NCBI GenBank assembly: GCA_021648145.1
Contig: JAKITI010000004.1
Coordinates: 63,848-127,847, forward strand
Length of the DNA stretch: 64,000 bases
From: Gammaproteobacteria bacterium
Lineage (GTDB): Bacteria; Pseudomonadota; Gammaproteobacteria; JAADGQ01
Reading direction: 5' to 3'
Part shown: piece after piece, positions 1 through 10,187 of the stretch
How positions within the stretch are numbered: the first letter of the stretch is position 1
Layout: every line of letters starts with the position of its first letter
Position numbers and translations under genes: made by a program
The notes under the pieces: generated by a model
What the model was told of the DNA's origin: nothing
Seen by the model: the letters and a program-made list of their open reading frames with translations, nothing else
Databases searched by the model: none

Positions 1-237
1 CTACTCATGGTTTATTATTTTCCCTGCTATGATCATATTTTTTGATAAGGGGTCGCTATAGTAATGACTTAATTTTTTTGATAAAACCTGAAATGATGTT
101 CTTATGAATTATATGTTTTTATGAATTATTAAGTTGCTATTTATATGAGCATTAATATAGTCAATGGCTGAACGGCCATTATACGCTACGAGTTTATCGT
201 CGTCACAGGAAAATTTTAAGGGAGAGAGAGGGATATT

Positions 238-1155
238 ATGAAAATTGCTTTAATCGGGTTGGGAAAAATGGGCGCCAATATGGCACGTCGTTTATGTCGT
301 GGTGGTATTGAGGTGGTGGGGCATAATCGATCACAGGAAATTGTTAGTGAATTAGCTGCAGAAGAAGGCATGATTGCAGCAAAATCATTGAAAGATGCCG
401 TGAGCCAACTGCCTTCACCAAAAGTGGTTTGGTTGATGTTGCCGGATGGCGAACCCACGGAGTCTCATATTAAACAGTTGATGGACTTGCTTGATAAGGG
501 CGATGTCATTATTGATGGGGGAAATTCAAACTATCATGATAGTTTGCGCCGAGGCGTGATGCTGGCTGAGCACGGCATTGGTTTTATGGATGCGGGCACT
601 TCGGGTGGTATTTGGGGTGTGGATAACGGTTACTGCTTGATGGTCGGTGCTGAAAAATCAGTCGCAACCATTGTTGAGCCTGCATTAAAGGTTTTGGCAC
701 CTGCACCGGATCGTGGCTGGGCACATGTTGGGCCGATTGGTTCGGGTCATTTTACCAAAATGATTCATAACGGTATTGAGTACGGCATGATGCAATCTTT
801 TGCTGAAGGTTTTGCGTTGCTGCGTGGTAAAAAAGAGTTTGACCTGGATCTGGCGCAAGTTTCGGAGTTATGGCGACACAGCTCTGTTGTGCGCAGTTGG
901 TTGCTGGATTTGACAGCCGATGCACTTCAATCAGATCAAAAGCTAGAGTCTGTGGCTCCTTTTGTGCCAGATTCTGGTGAAGGGCGCTGGACAGTGATTG
1001 AGTCCATTGATCAAGGTGAAGCTGCGCCTGTGATTTCATTGGCATTACAAATGCGCTTTGCCAGTCAGGATGGCGAAGGTTACGCCAACCGAATGCTTTC
1101 AGTTATGCGTAATGCTTTTGGTGGTCACGCAATCAAAGGCGCAGGAGGAAAATAG
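238..1155 (+). CDS. gnd: 6-phosphogluconate dehydrogenase (decarboxylating), short NAD(P)-binding form
   Basis: 305 aa. It has an N-terminal Rossmann motif [19 protein letters not shown] and 6PGDH-like C-terminal motifs. It sits directly upstream of zwf. Confidence 0.8.
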   Translation: MKIALIGLGKMGANMARRLCRGGIEVVGHNRSQEIVSELAAEEGMIAAKSLKDAVSQLPSPKVVWLMLPDGEPTESHIKQLMDLLDKGDVIIDGGNSNYHDSLRRGVMLAEHGIGFMDAGTSGGIWGVDNGYCLMVGAEKSVATIVEPALKVLAPAPDRGWAHVGPIGSGHFTKMIHNGIEYGMMQSFAEGFALLRGKKEFDLDLAQVSELWRHSSVVRSWLLDLTADALQSDQKLESVAPFVPDSGEGRWTVIESIDQGEAAPVISLALQMRFASQDGEGYANRMLSVMRNAFGGHAIKGAGGK

Positions 1156-1157
1156 AC

Positions 1158-2660
1158 ATGGAGCCATGCACATTAGTGATCTTTGGTGCAACAGGTAATT
1201 TGTCTCGCCTAAAATTAATTCCCAGCCTTTTTGAATTGGATTGTGCAGGCTATTTGCCTGACCATATGGTGATTCTTGCTTTTGCTCGACGGCCTTGGGG
1301 ACGCGAGCAATGGTTGGATGAAGTCAATGGAATGTTGAAAGAAAAATTTCCTGACGGGGTCGATCAGGAGGTCTTGGCTCGGTTTTGCACGAGGCTAGAG
1401 TACTTTCAAGGTAATCTGGATAATGAAGATTCATTTAAAAAATTACGAGAAACAATCGACAGCGATAACAAATTTTCAAATAATATTGCTTTTTACATGT
1501 CGGTTCGCCCTGCAGAGTTTGGCTCTACAACAGCTAAGCTGGGTGAGGCAGGGTTGCTTGAGGAGCAGCACGGCTGGAGGCGGGTCGTTTTTGAAAAGCC
1601 TTTTGGTTATGACTTGCTCAGCGCTCAAATTTTGCAGAAAAAACTAAGTAATTATCTGAGTGAGCACCAAATTTACCGAATTGATCACTATTTAGGTAAA
1701 GGAACCGTTCAGAATGTGTTGGTGTTTCGTTTTGCCAATTTGCTCATGGAGCCACTTTGGAACCGCCAGTATATTGATCATGTTCAGATTACACACTCTG
1801 AAACAGCGGGTATTGGCAGTCGTGCTGATTATTATGAAGGCTCGGGTGCGCTACGTGACATGATTCAGAGTCATTTGTTACAGTTGATGACCATGGTTGC
1901 GATGGAGCCGCCAGCGATGATGGATGATGAATCCTTGCGGGACGAAAAAGTTAAAGTCCTTAAAAGTATTCGTCCAATTACACAAAATGCAGTCCATGCC
2001 CATGCTTTTCGTGGACAATATAAGGCTGGTAATATTAACGGTGACTCTGTGCAAGGCTATCTTGAAGAAGATAATGTTGCCTCTAACAGCACTACAGAAA
2101 CCTACGCTGCACTTAAACTTTATGTGGACAATTGGCGCTGGAAAGGTGTACCTTTCTATTTGCGTACGGGTAAGCGAATGGCCGAAGGGGCATCAGCGAT
2201 CTGTATTCGCTTTAAAGAGCCGCCGACGACCCTGTTTAAAGGCAATCATCTGAACCGTGTTTCACCTAACTGGATCTTGTTGGGTATACAGCCTAATGAG
2301 TGCTTGAAAATGGAGATGCAGGTTAAAATGCCTGGGCTTGAAGTGGAGACGCGAACGGTCAGTCTGGATGCGAGTTACCGTAAAGATAAAGAGCGCGGTA
2401 CGGATGCTTATGAAGGGCTGTTGCTTGATGTGATGAATGGGGATCAGTCGCTGTTTCTGCGCTATGACGAAATAGAGTGGGCATGGCGGGTCGTTGATCC
2501 TATTTTAAAAGTCTGGTCAATGGAAAGGGATTTTATTAATACATATCCCGCAGGCTCCTGGGGGCCAAGAGGAACGTATCGCCTGTTTGATCGTGATGAT
2601 CAATTTTGGCGTCATTCACTGAATGTTTCAGCAACTGATGTCAGTTCAGAGGGTTTTTAA
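1158..2660 (+). CDS. zwf: glucose-6-phosphate 1-dehydrogenase
   Basis: 500 aa. It carries the GATGNL NADP-binding motif and the G6PD active-site region RIDHYLGK. It is translationally coupled to gnd. Confidence 0.9.
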   Translation: MEPCTLVIFGATGNLSRLKLIPSLFELDCAGYLPDHMVILAFARRPWGREQWLDEVNGMLKEKFPDGVDQEVLARFCTRLEYFQGNLDNEDSFKKLRETIDSDNKFSNNIAFYMSVRPAEFGSTTAKLGEAGLLEEQHGWRRVVFEKPFGYDLLSAQILQKKLSNYLSEHQIYRIDHYLGKGTVQNVLVFRFANLLMEPLWNRQYIDHVQITHSETAGIGSRADYYEGSGALRDMIQSHLLQLMTMVAMEPPAMMDDESLRDEKVKVLKSIRPITQNAVHAHAFRGQYKAGNINGDSVQGYLEEDNVASNSTTETYAALKLYVDNWRWKGVPFYLRTGKRMAEGASAICIRFKEPPTTLFKGNHLNRVSPNWILLGIQPNECLKMEMQVKMPGLEVETRTVSLDASYRKDKERGTDAYEGLLLDVMNGDQSLFLRYDEIEWAWRVVDPILKVWSMERDFINTYPAGSWGPRGTYRLFDRDDQFWRHSLNVSATDVSSEGF

Positions 2661-2662
2661 AT

Positions 2663-4414
2663 ATGTATGAAAAACATGGAAGTAATACGCATATTGACTC
2701 AGCTTTAGGTGAATATCTTAGTGGTTTTTCTGCGCAGAAAATAGCAGACTTGCAGAATAAAAAAGGTCATACAATGAGTCTATTAACTGCCTCAAAGCCT
2801 TGGAGTGCTTTGATGAGCCATCAAAAGTTGATCTCATCACAGCATATGCGACAAATGTTTGATGCTGATTCTGAGCGTTTTGATAAGTTTTCATTGCGAA
2901 TGAATGATATTTTGGTGGATTACTCCAAAAATCGTATCACAGAAGAGACGCTCTCTTTGTTGTTTGATTTAGCTCGGCAAGCCGAATTAAGTGTCGCAAT
3001 CAAACGAATGTTTTCCGGTGAAAAAATTAACTTTACAGAAAATCGTGCGGTATTACACACAGCATTGCGTAATCGTTCTAATCGTCCGGTTTTAGTGGAT
3101 GGCAAAGATGTCATGCCTGATGTGAATGCTGTATTACGGCATATGAGAGAGTTCACAGAGTCGGTTCGTAATGGCAGTTGGGTGGGTTGCACGGGTAAAG
3201 CCATCACCGATATTGTCAATATTGGGATCGGAGGATCAGATCTAGGGCCCGTTATGGTGACCGAGGCATTGAAATCCTACTCTCAATACGGGTTAAATGT
3301 TCATTTTGTCTCTAATATTGATGGAACTCATCTGACAGAAGCGATTCGGCATTTGAGTTATGAGACAACACTGTTTGTTGTGGTTTCCAAAACCTTTACA
3401 ACACAAGAAACAATTACAAACGCAAACTCTGCGCGTGACTGGTTTTTTCAGCAAGGGGGGCACCTTGCATCAGTTGCCAGGCACTTTGTGGCGGTTTCTA
3501 CGAATGCTCAAAAGGTGTCTGACTTTGGCATCGACCCTAAAAATATGTTTGGTTTTTGGGATTGGGTCGGAGGGCGTTATTCGCTCTGGAGCGCGGTAGG
3601 TCTCACGATTGCGCTTTATATCGGTATGGATCACTTTGAAGAGTTGCTTAACGGTGCACATGAGATGGATGAGCACTTTCGAACCGCACCGTTTGAAAAA
3701 AATATTCCGGTTATACTTGGAATGCTGGGGATCTGGTATAACAATTTTTTTGGTGCTCAAAGCCATGCATTGATGCCATATGATCAATACTTAAGTCGCT
3801 TTCCAGCCTATTTTCAGCAAGGTGACATGGAGAGCAATGGAAAGCGAGTGGATCGCCAGGGTCATGTCGTAGATTATTCGACGGGGCCTATCATTTGGGG
3901 CGAGCCTGGAACAAACGGCCAACATGCTTTTTATCAGTTGATTCACCAAGGGAGTAAATTGATTCCTACTGATTTTCTGGTTGCGATTGAGCCACAAAAC
4001 CCTATCGGTGAGCATCATTCAATTTTGCTTTCTAACTTTTTTGCGCAAACAAAAGCGTTGATGCGCGGCAAAACAGAAGATGAAGCTCGAAGTGAGCTGG
4101 AAGCGCAAGGCATGATGGCGGAAGTACTTGAGCAACTGTTGCCGCATAAAGTCTTTGAGGGCAATAAACCAACAAATTCAATTATGTTTCAGAAGTTAAC
4201 ACCAAAAACACTGGGGTCACTTCTTGCGATGTATGAGCATAAAATTTTTGTTCAAGGTATTGTCTGGAATATTAATTCATTTGATCAGTGGGGTGTTGAG
4301 CTCGGTAAGCAGCTTGCATCAGAAATTTTGCCGAAGCTTTCAGTTGAGGGTGAAGAGAGTGATGGTGATTCGTCAACAAATGGATTGATTAATTATTATA
4401 AAAGTCATAAATGA
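2663..4414 (+). CDS. pgi: glucose-6-phosphate isomerase
   Basis: 583 aa. It is co-linear with E. coli Pgi, with motifs [32 protein letters not shown] and YEHKIF. Confidence 0.9.
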   Translation: MYEKHGSNTHIDSALGEYLSGFSAQKIADLQNKKGHTMSLLTASKPWSALMSHQKLISSQHMRQMFDADSERFDKFSLRMNDILVDYSKNRITEETLSLLFDLARQAELSVAIKRMFSGEKINFTENRAVLHTALRNRSNRPVLVDGKDVMPDVNAVLRHMREFTESVRNGSWVGCTGKAITDIVNIGIGGSDLGPVMVTEALKSYSQYGLNVHFVSNIDGTHLTEAIRHLSYETTLFVVVSKTFTTQETITNANSARDWFFQQGGHLASVARHFVAVSTNAQKVSDFGIDPKNMFGFWDWVGGRYSLWSAVGLTIALYIGMDHFEELLNGAHEMDEHFRTAPFEKNIPVILGMLGIWYNNFFGAQSHALMPYDQYLSRFPAYFQQGDMESNGKRVDRQGHVVDYSTGPIIWGEPGTNGQHAFYQLIHQGSKLIPTDFLVAIEPQNPIGEHHSILLSNFFAQTKALMRGKTEDEARSELEAQGMMAEVLEQLLPHKVFEGNKPTNSIMFQKLTPKTLGSLLAMYEHKIFVQGIVWNINSFDQWGVELGKQLASEILPKLSVEGEESDGDSSTNGLINYYKSHK

Positions 4415-4528
4415 GCGTCGGGGCTGGTTTTTATCTAGTGTTGTGATCATGCTCTCGTTTTATGGCTGTAAACTGTATGATAGTTATAGTAGAAAATGTG
4501 TGAGTCGTAATAATTCAAGAGGTTTCTT

Positions 4529-4720
4529 ATGAAGTGGTTAGGTATTATCGGTCTGTTGGTCTTTGTTCCAAATGCCCAAGCGGAAATTCTTTATAGCCAG
4601 GTCTTTGAAGAAGGCAAGGTGATTTAAAAAAGGCTTGAAGGTGAATAGTGGTAGCCACAAATTTGCAATTGATTTAATTAAACTTGATACCAATGCACTA
4701 AATGATCTCACAAGTTCTTT
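4529..4720 (+). pseudogene. 5' remnant of a third PL7-like lyase paralog (signal peptide plus first beta-strands, then a frameshift)
   Basis: An ORF at 4529..4627 encodes MKWLGIIGLLVFVPNAQAEILYSQVFEEGKVI*. That is about 80% identical to the N-terminus of the 6074 protein. Another frame continues ...LKVNSGSHKFAIDL..., which resembles EVRNGNYAASFE of the 4798 protein. It is preceded by a copy of the duplicated promoter segment. Confidence 0.4.
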
Positions 4721-4797
4721 TGAGTGATAGAATGTTAAATATCATGAATATACAGTTAATCAACAAATTTAATCCAAGAATTATTACGAGAAACAGT

Positions 4798-5736
4798 ATG
4801 AATATTATGAAAGGATTACCAGCCAAACCTCTAGGTACAATTGCTTTTTTATTTTTTATAGGATTGCTCTCTAATCCTTCCTATAGCCAAGTTTATCTTA
4901 CCGAAAATTATGAGGATTTTGGATCACAAACTGAAGAAGTCGACTATCGTCTGAATTGTTATCTGTCACAAAATCACTTCGCTATTCAAAGCAGTGAGGT
5001 TCGAAATGGTAATTATGCAGCAAGTTTTGAAAGTTTGGCAAATCATGGAACAAGATGCGAAATGACATTTCAAGACAGAGGTTTCTTTAATTGGGGAGAA
5101 GAAAAATGGATGGGATTTAGTTTTATGATACCGTATATCCCTACAGGAGGTGGCGTAATGAGTCAGCACCATTCAGTGCCGGGGCCCATTGGGAATCCAG
5201 ACTGGACGAATTATGCTTCAGGAGGAAATGGATTTACCATTAGGTTATCAGACGATCAATCCAGATTTGCAATAAGATTAATTCCACCAGAAAATTTAAA
5301 CCATTATGTAAATAACTCAATCGGCAGTCCTGCGCCTTATAGTGCGGCAGAAGGTACTGAGATTTATCATGAGTGGGAAATAGTGGAAAACCAATGGTTC
5401 GACATAGTAATGAACTTTAAATATTCAGATGGAAGTGACGGGTTTTACAAGATTTGGATTAATGGCGATTTAGTTGTTGATATTACTGGATCAAATGTTC
5501 ATTTGCATGATGTTGTTGGTAGACTAAAAGAGAGAAAAAATTATTTTCAATTTGGCATTTATCCAGGAAATTCTGGAGAAGGAAAAATATACTACGATGA
5601 AATCCGTATTGGAAATAGTGCTAGTAGTTATGCAGATGTAGCGCCTGAAGGAGAAGGAAGTGTAGGTAATGGTGGACGCCCAGATTGGTGGGATCTATGG
5701 GGTTGGTTTGCTTCTTGGGGTTGGTCAGGAAGATAG
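4798..5736 (+). CDS. secreted polysaccharide-lyase-like protein (PL7/alginate-lyase-like beta-jelly roll)
   Basis: The ORF track begins at 4702, but the likely start is M at 4798 with the signal peptide MNIMKGLPAKPLGTIAFLFFIGLLSNPSYS. PL7-like motifs are RCEM (compare R[ST]EL), HQHH (compare QIH) and YFQFGIYPG (compare YFKAGVY). It is a paralog of the 6074 gene. Confidence 0.55.
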   Translation: MNIMKGLPAKPLGTIAFLFFIGLLSNPSYSQVYLTENYEDFGSQTEEVDYRLNCYLSQNHFAIQSSEVRNGNYAASFESLANHGTRCEMTFQDRGFFNWGEEKWMGFSFMIPYIPTGGGVMSQHHSVPGPIGNPDWTNYASGGNGFTIRLSDDQSRFAIRLIPPENLNHYVNNSIGSPAPYSAAEGTEIYHEWEIVENQWFDIVMNFKYSDGSDGFYKIWINGDLVVDITGSNVHLHDVVGRLKERKNYFQFGIYPGNSGEGKIYYDEIRIGNSASSYADVAPEGEGSVGNGGRPDWWDLWGWFASWGWSGR

Positions 5737-6073
5737 ACGCTGCGCCCAATCGCCTCAGAGAGAGGTGTGTCAGCTTTAAATTATCGGAAAAGGGTTTCAA
5801 TAAAGGCCATAGTGATTGATTATTTTGCCCTCACCAAGGTTAGCGTTAACCTAATAATGCATACCCACCCACAGGGGGCACAAGCATTGATGCCTGCAAT
5901 TTTGTCATCAACTCAGCATTTTCTGTTTCTCGCTGCCACGCTCCAGCGTGGAAATGCATAAATTGAGTGTTGTTGCTGGCTTTTTGTCTGATGATGTGAT
6001 CGCTCTCTCGTTTTATGGATGTAAACTGTATGATAGTAAATGTGGTTAGTCAAAATAATTCAAGGATCTGTTT

Positions 6074-6991
6074 ATGAAGTGGTTAGGTTATATTGGTTTG
6101 TTGGTCTTTGTTCCAAATGCTCAGGCGGCAATTACTTTTAGTGATGATTTTGAGTCAGGGAGGAGTACAGAGGCAAGGCTAGATTGCGACAATTATAATG
6201 AGAAATTTAAAATTCAAGGAAGCATCGTACGTAATGGCAATAAAGCGGCACTCATGGTGAATGATGCCAATGGAGGTAAACGTTGTGAATTAGTTCCACA
6301 ACCAGCAGGCCGTTTTTTTTGGGGTCGGGAGTATTGGGTAGGATATAGCTTTTACATCCCATCGAACCTTCCTAATACAGGATTTAAAGTTTTTCATCAG
6401 CATCACTCTGCACCGCCTAAAGGAGTTTCCTGTGGATATAGCGGTGGAAATGGATTCCTTCTGATTAGAGGGAAATCAGGCCAGCTGGAAATTCGCATAA
6501 CACCTGAAGGTCAACTGACAGCATTTCCTGAAGGGTCTGCTGGAGGGAATACACGTACAGCGTACTCATTTCCATATGAAACAAATAAATGGTTTGATGT
6601 GGTAATGAATTTTAAATATTCGGATAAAGGTGATGGTTTCTGGAAAATATGGATAGATGGTAAGCAAGTTATTAATAAAAATGGTTCAAATGTGAATCTG
6701 TATATGACTCCAGACAACACAAGAAGTTATAGTGATTGCGGGGATGGTACAGCAAAAAGGGCGCGTATATATGATATGAAATATGGTACGTATGCTGGAA
6801 ACTCTGAAGCTGGCGCAGTTGTCTATGATGAAGTGAAAATCGGTGATGTTAATTCCAGTTATGAGGAAGTTGCACCTGCTAATGGCAAGTCAATATCTAA
6901 CTTTGCTCCCAAAAATACGCCTTACCGAACTCAGTCATCACCAAGTACTCCATTGACAGTTCCAAAAGGGCTTGAGCTTGAAATTAAGTGA
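6074..6991 (+). CDS. secreted polysaccharide-lyase-like protein (PL7-like), paralog
   Basis: 305 aa with the signal peptide MKWLGYIGLLVFVPNAQA. It shares RCEL, HQHH, WFDVVMNFKYSD, KIWIDG and YGTYAGNSE blocks with the 4798 protein. Confidence 0.55.
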   Translation: MKWLGYIGLLVFVPNAQAAITFSDDFESGRSTEARLDCDNYNEKFKIQGSIVRNGNKAALMVNDANGGKRCELVPQPAGRFFWGREYWVGYSFYIPSNLPNTGFKVFHQHHSAPPKGVSCGYSGGNGFLLIRGKSGQLEIRITPEGQLTAFPEGSAGGNTRTAYSFPYETNKWFDVVMNFKYSDKGDGFWKIWIDGKQVINKNGSNVNLYMTPDNTRSYSDCGDGTAKRARIYDMKYGTYAGNSEAGAVVYDEVKIGDVNSSYEEVAPANGKSISNFAPKNTPYRTQSSPSTPLTVPKGLELEIK

Positions 6992-7146
6992 AATTACTTG
7001 GGCTTTAGCGCTAATCAGGTGTGGGCGTAGTTGCTATACGGAGCTAAACAGACAGGGTGGACGCGTCAGTGAGTCAATTTTTGACAGGAAGAGTCATCAT
7101 GAAATTGGTCTTGAGGTAGAAACTCATATCGGATTTTAAAAATTTA

Positions 7147-8217
7147 CTATTTTTTCAATTCGGTATAGAGTAAAAAAACCTTATTGACAATAGTTTTGAT
7201 ATTAAATTTATTGTCAATAAGTGCGAGACTCTCTTTACCCATCCTTTCTCTCAAGGCCTTGTCACTGCATAATTTTTCTAACGCGCCTTTGAGCCCCAAG
7301 ATATCGCCAGGATTAATGAGGTAGCCGTTTTTCCCTTCAATAACCGCTTCAGGAATACCGCCGATGGGAGTAGATATAATAGGAGCTCCAGCGGCCATAG
7401 CCTCTAAAATAGATCCTGGAAGACCTTCATTATAAGAAGGGAGAACATGGATGTCAGTTTTTCTAAAAACCTCAATTTTTCTCTCACCAGAAATCCATCC
7501 AAGTAGTTGAACGGAATTTTCCAAGTTATTTTTTTTTATAAAATCATCTACTTTTTCGATCTCACCATCACCACCTAAAAGTAATTTTGCATTTGGATAT
7601 TCCGTGGTTAATTGTTTGAAAGCTTCGAGTAGGTCATAAATACCCTTTCTTTTACCCAGCCGTCCCATAAAGGAAATGACAATATATTCACCATTGTCAA
7701 TTTTTCCTCTGAATTTATTGGTTGAAGCGCCATTGTAAATAATAACAATTTTTTTATTGGTAGTAATTTTGTTTATGAATCTTTTCCACTCTTCTGATAG
7801 TACGATAATAGCGTCACAGTTATCGAACATCCAACTGATTAATTTTTTCTGTAGTTTATTTCCACTATTATAGAACACCTTAAACTCGGAGCCATGTAAG
7901 TGAATAATAACTTTAGACTGTTTGAATTTGGCTGTTGTAAAAAAAATAAGTTTTCGATAAAAACTGATATAACTTGATAAATGAATATGAACAATATCAA
8001 TTGGCTTAAAGCAGCGAATAACGAAGTGAAAATAGGCTTTTATAGCCTGATGTAATTTTAATGCCTGATGTCCCGGTGCATTTTCATTCAGAGTGGAAAT
8101 GTAATCAAAGTCCACAAGGGACTTGATTCCGGATTCTATCCAGTTACTAACAACAGTTGAAATCCCACCAGTGGCATCAGGGTGCGCACCTAACATGACA
8201 ATTTTAAGTTTTTTCAT
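7147..8217 (-). CDS. glycosyltransferase family 4 (GT1/GT-B fold)
   Basis: 356 aa. It has a GT4 C-terminal signature LPSYNEGLPGSILEAMAAGAPIISTPIGGIPE. The sequence is AT-rich. Confidence 0.8.
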   Translation of the reverse strand: MKKLKIVMLGAHPDATGGISTVVSNWIESGIKSLVDFDYISTLNENAPGHQALKLHQAIKAYFHFVIRCFKPIDIVHIHLSSYISFYRKLIFFTTAKFKQSKVIIHLHGSEFKVFYNSGNKLQKKLISWMFDNCDAIIVLSEEWKRFINKITTNKKIVIIYNGASTNKFRGKIDNGEYIVISFMGRLGKRKGIYDLLEAFKQLTTEYPNAKLLLGGDGEIEKVDDFIKKNNLENSVQLLGWISGERKIEVFRKTDIHVLPSYNEGLPGSILEAMAAGAPIISTPIGGIPEAVIEGKNGYLINPGDILGLKGALEKLCSDKALRERMGKESLALIDNKFNIKTIVNKVFLLYTELKK

Positions 8218-8608
8218 AAATTAACCTGATTACGTATAAGTTTCCACTATTTTTAGAACCTGAAGTCATAAATGACACAAACCCCAGAGTAGATGTGATA
8301 TAAATTTTTTTAGGGTTGAATAATTCAATTGGGTAAACCCCCAGCTATGCTGGGGAGACTCATATAGGTTTTACCGAGACTACGGTAACGTGTACTTTCA
8401 GTTCTCGACCAAGAGAAAAGGAAAGTAAACCTATGCGAGACTACAAGAGTTTCGGTGTTTGTCAACATAGTTGGCACTCTTTTGTTAAATATTTACCCAG
8501 CCATTTCCGAGCCAATATTTTCAAGTCGATCTGGGTTTAAAAACACCGTGCCAATTGGTTCACAATTTGGTAGTGGGTTAAATCTGAAATTGTTCTATAA
8601 TAATCGCC

Positions 8609-8912
8609 ATGAAATGCTATCAAGAAATAAAGTGCCCGAAGTGCAAAAGCCCCGAAATCAAGAAAGTAGGAGAGAGTACACACGGAGCGCCCTGCTATCG
8701 CTGCGAGAATAGTGAGTATCCAACAAAAATCATTTATGCTGTCCTATCGCTATAGGGCTTGTGAGCCAGGAATCAAAGAACAGGCGGTAGAAATGGCAAT
8801 GAATGGACGCGGTATTCGAGATACGGCGAGAGTCCTTAAAATCAATAAAAACACAGTGATCAGTACGCTAAAAAAAAGCGAAAATGCTTGTCCAAGTCAA
8901 TCCCCGCTTTAA
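8609..8912 (+). pseudogene. insA: IS1 InsA-like (zinc finger plus HTH), with an internal frameshift between the two parts
   Basis: The zinc-finger part MKCYQEIKCPKCKSPEIKKVGESTHGAPCYRCENSEY starts at ATG 8609 in one frame. The HTH part SYRYRACEPGIKEQAVEMAMNGRGIRDTARVLKI (ORF 8712..8912) is in another frame. The IS1 InsA order is preserved but the frame breaks near 8700..8750. Confidence 0.5.
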
Positions 8913-9369
8913 CACCAATAAAGAACGAGAAGTAAGACTTGAGCTTGTCTGTGAAGAGGCAGAGCTGGATGAACAGTGGTCATTTGTAGGGAAAAAAGGA
9001 AATCAACGCTGGCTCTGGTATGGCGTTGATCACGCAACCAATACGATGCTGGCGTATGTATTAGGTCGACGTAAAGATGTTGTTTTTAAAGAGTTGAAAG
9101 CTTTGTTGGAACCCTTTGAAATCAGCCGTTACTACACCGATGACTGGGGCGCTTATGAGCGTCACCTAAAACCAGACAACCATGAAATCGGTAAACGTAA
9201 CACCCAAAAAATTGAACGAAAAAACCTAAACCTTCGAACTTGGATTAAACGACTGACCCGCAAAACAATCTGCTTTTCAAAAACAGATGAAATGCATGAT
9301 ATCGTTATTGGACTGTTGATCAATAAAGTAGAATTTAACATCGATATTCATGCAGCCGATCAGATTTAA
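8884..9369 (+). CDS. insB: IS1-family transposase InsB catalytic part
   Basis: 161 aa. It overlaps the insA 3' end at an A-run (ctaaaaaaaagcg near 8870), where IS1 uses a -1 frameshift to make InsAB'. The DDE region is similar to IS1 InsB. Confidence 0.7.
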   Translation: MLVQVNPRFNTNKEREVRLELVCEEAELDEQWSFVGKKGNQRWLWYGVDHATNTMLAYVLGRRKDVVFKELKALLEPFEISRYYTDDWGAYERHLKPDNHEIGKRNTQKIERKNLNLRTWIKRLTRKTICFSKTDEMHDIVIGLLINKVEFNIDIHAADQI

Positions 9370-9668
9370 CCCACTAACAACCTGAATTCGTATGATAAGT
9401 CTGACTTTGAACAGCAATACATAAGAAAATTAAGATGCAAGAACTTATGGAGCTATTGAAATTTACATGCAACACCCCCAATTTTTTTAAAAATTGGGGC
9501 ACATGCTACCAAATGATGACATAATCCATCATAGTCATCGGAACGTGTCAACCTCATATCAAATATCCTGATACTCTTGTAGTAGTCTAATGACACCGAA
9601 TATTTTAAATAAGAGATAATATTCAATTGTTGAGGTGTTAGAGTATACACATATACTAGAGATTAATA

Positions 9669-10127
9669 ATGAGTAAAGCCCTTCTAGCAATACATCGAAT
9701 AATATTTAATATGAAACAGCTTGGCATCCCATTGTTTCCAAGCTTGATTAATAAACTATTTATTCGTCTTTTGTTTGGGTGTCAAATAGGGGTAGAAACA
9801 AAAATTGGAAAGAATGTTGATTTAGGTTATGGAGGACTTGGAGTTGTTATTCATAAAAGAGCTGTTATAGGTGACAACGTTAGTATAGGAAGCGGCGTCA
9901 CGATTGGAGGTACAACAAAGAAATATGACGTGCCCATAATTGGTGATAACACTATAATTTCAACAGGAGCAAAAATATTAGGCCCCATTGAAATAGGAAA
10001 AAACTGCGTCATCGGTGCAAACTCAGTTGTATTGAAGAGTATTCCTAATAATTGTGTGGCTGTAGGTAGTCCTGCTAAAATTATTAAAAGAAATATTGAT
10101 ATTGAAAATTATAAAGTCATGGAGTAA
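9669..10127 (+). CDS. hexapeptide-repeat (left-handed beta-helix) acetyltransferase, CysE/WcaB-like
   Basis: 152 aa with repeated [LIV]G.N..IG hexapeptides: IGDNVSIGSGVTIGG, IGDNTIISTGAKILG, IGKNCVIGANSVV. Confidence 0.7.
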   Translation: MSKALLAIHRIIFNMKQLGIPLFPSLINKLFIRLLFGCQIGVETKIGKNVDLGYGGLGVVIHKRAVIGDNVSIGSGVTIGGTTKKYDVPIIGDNTIISTGAKILGPIEIGKNCVIGANSVVLKSIPNNCVAVGSPAKIIKRNIDIENYKVME

Positions 10128-10187
10128 CATCGGTAATATTTATAGTTCAGACAGTGTGACTTTTCAATTGCTGGATTGAATAATTTC

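Larger units (their letters stand above)
8569..9380. mobile_element. IS1-family insertion sequence, about 812 bp
   Basis: Imperfect terminal inverted repeats GGTAGTGGGTTAAATCTGA (8569..8587) and the reverse complement of CAGATTTAACCCACTAAC (9361..9378). Internally it has an IS1-like InsA (zinc finger plus HTH) and InsB. The InsB tail KRNTQKIERKNLNLRTWIKRLTRKTICFSKTDEMHDIVIGLLINK is co-linear with the IS1 InsB C-terminus. Confidence 0.7.

Noticed and set aside
8290-8450. Structured-looking segment (cccccagctatgctgggg hairpin, ...accgagactacggtaacgtg...) considered as a group II intron domain or other ncRNA.
   Set aside because: I could not match it to domain V/VI consensus or to any RNA family from memory. 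It is more likely ordinary AT-rich spacer DNA with a fortuitous hairpin next to the IS1 insertion.
8455-8712. An 85-aa ORF that could be the N-terminus of the IS transposase.
   Set aside because: Its first ~38 codons lie outside the left inverted repeat at 8569. The genuine InsA zinc finger, MKCYQEIKCPKCKSPE..., is in a different frame starting at 8609. The ORF is a chimera of flanking DNA and IS sequence.
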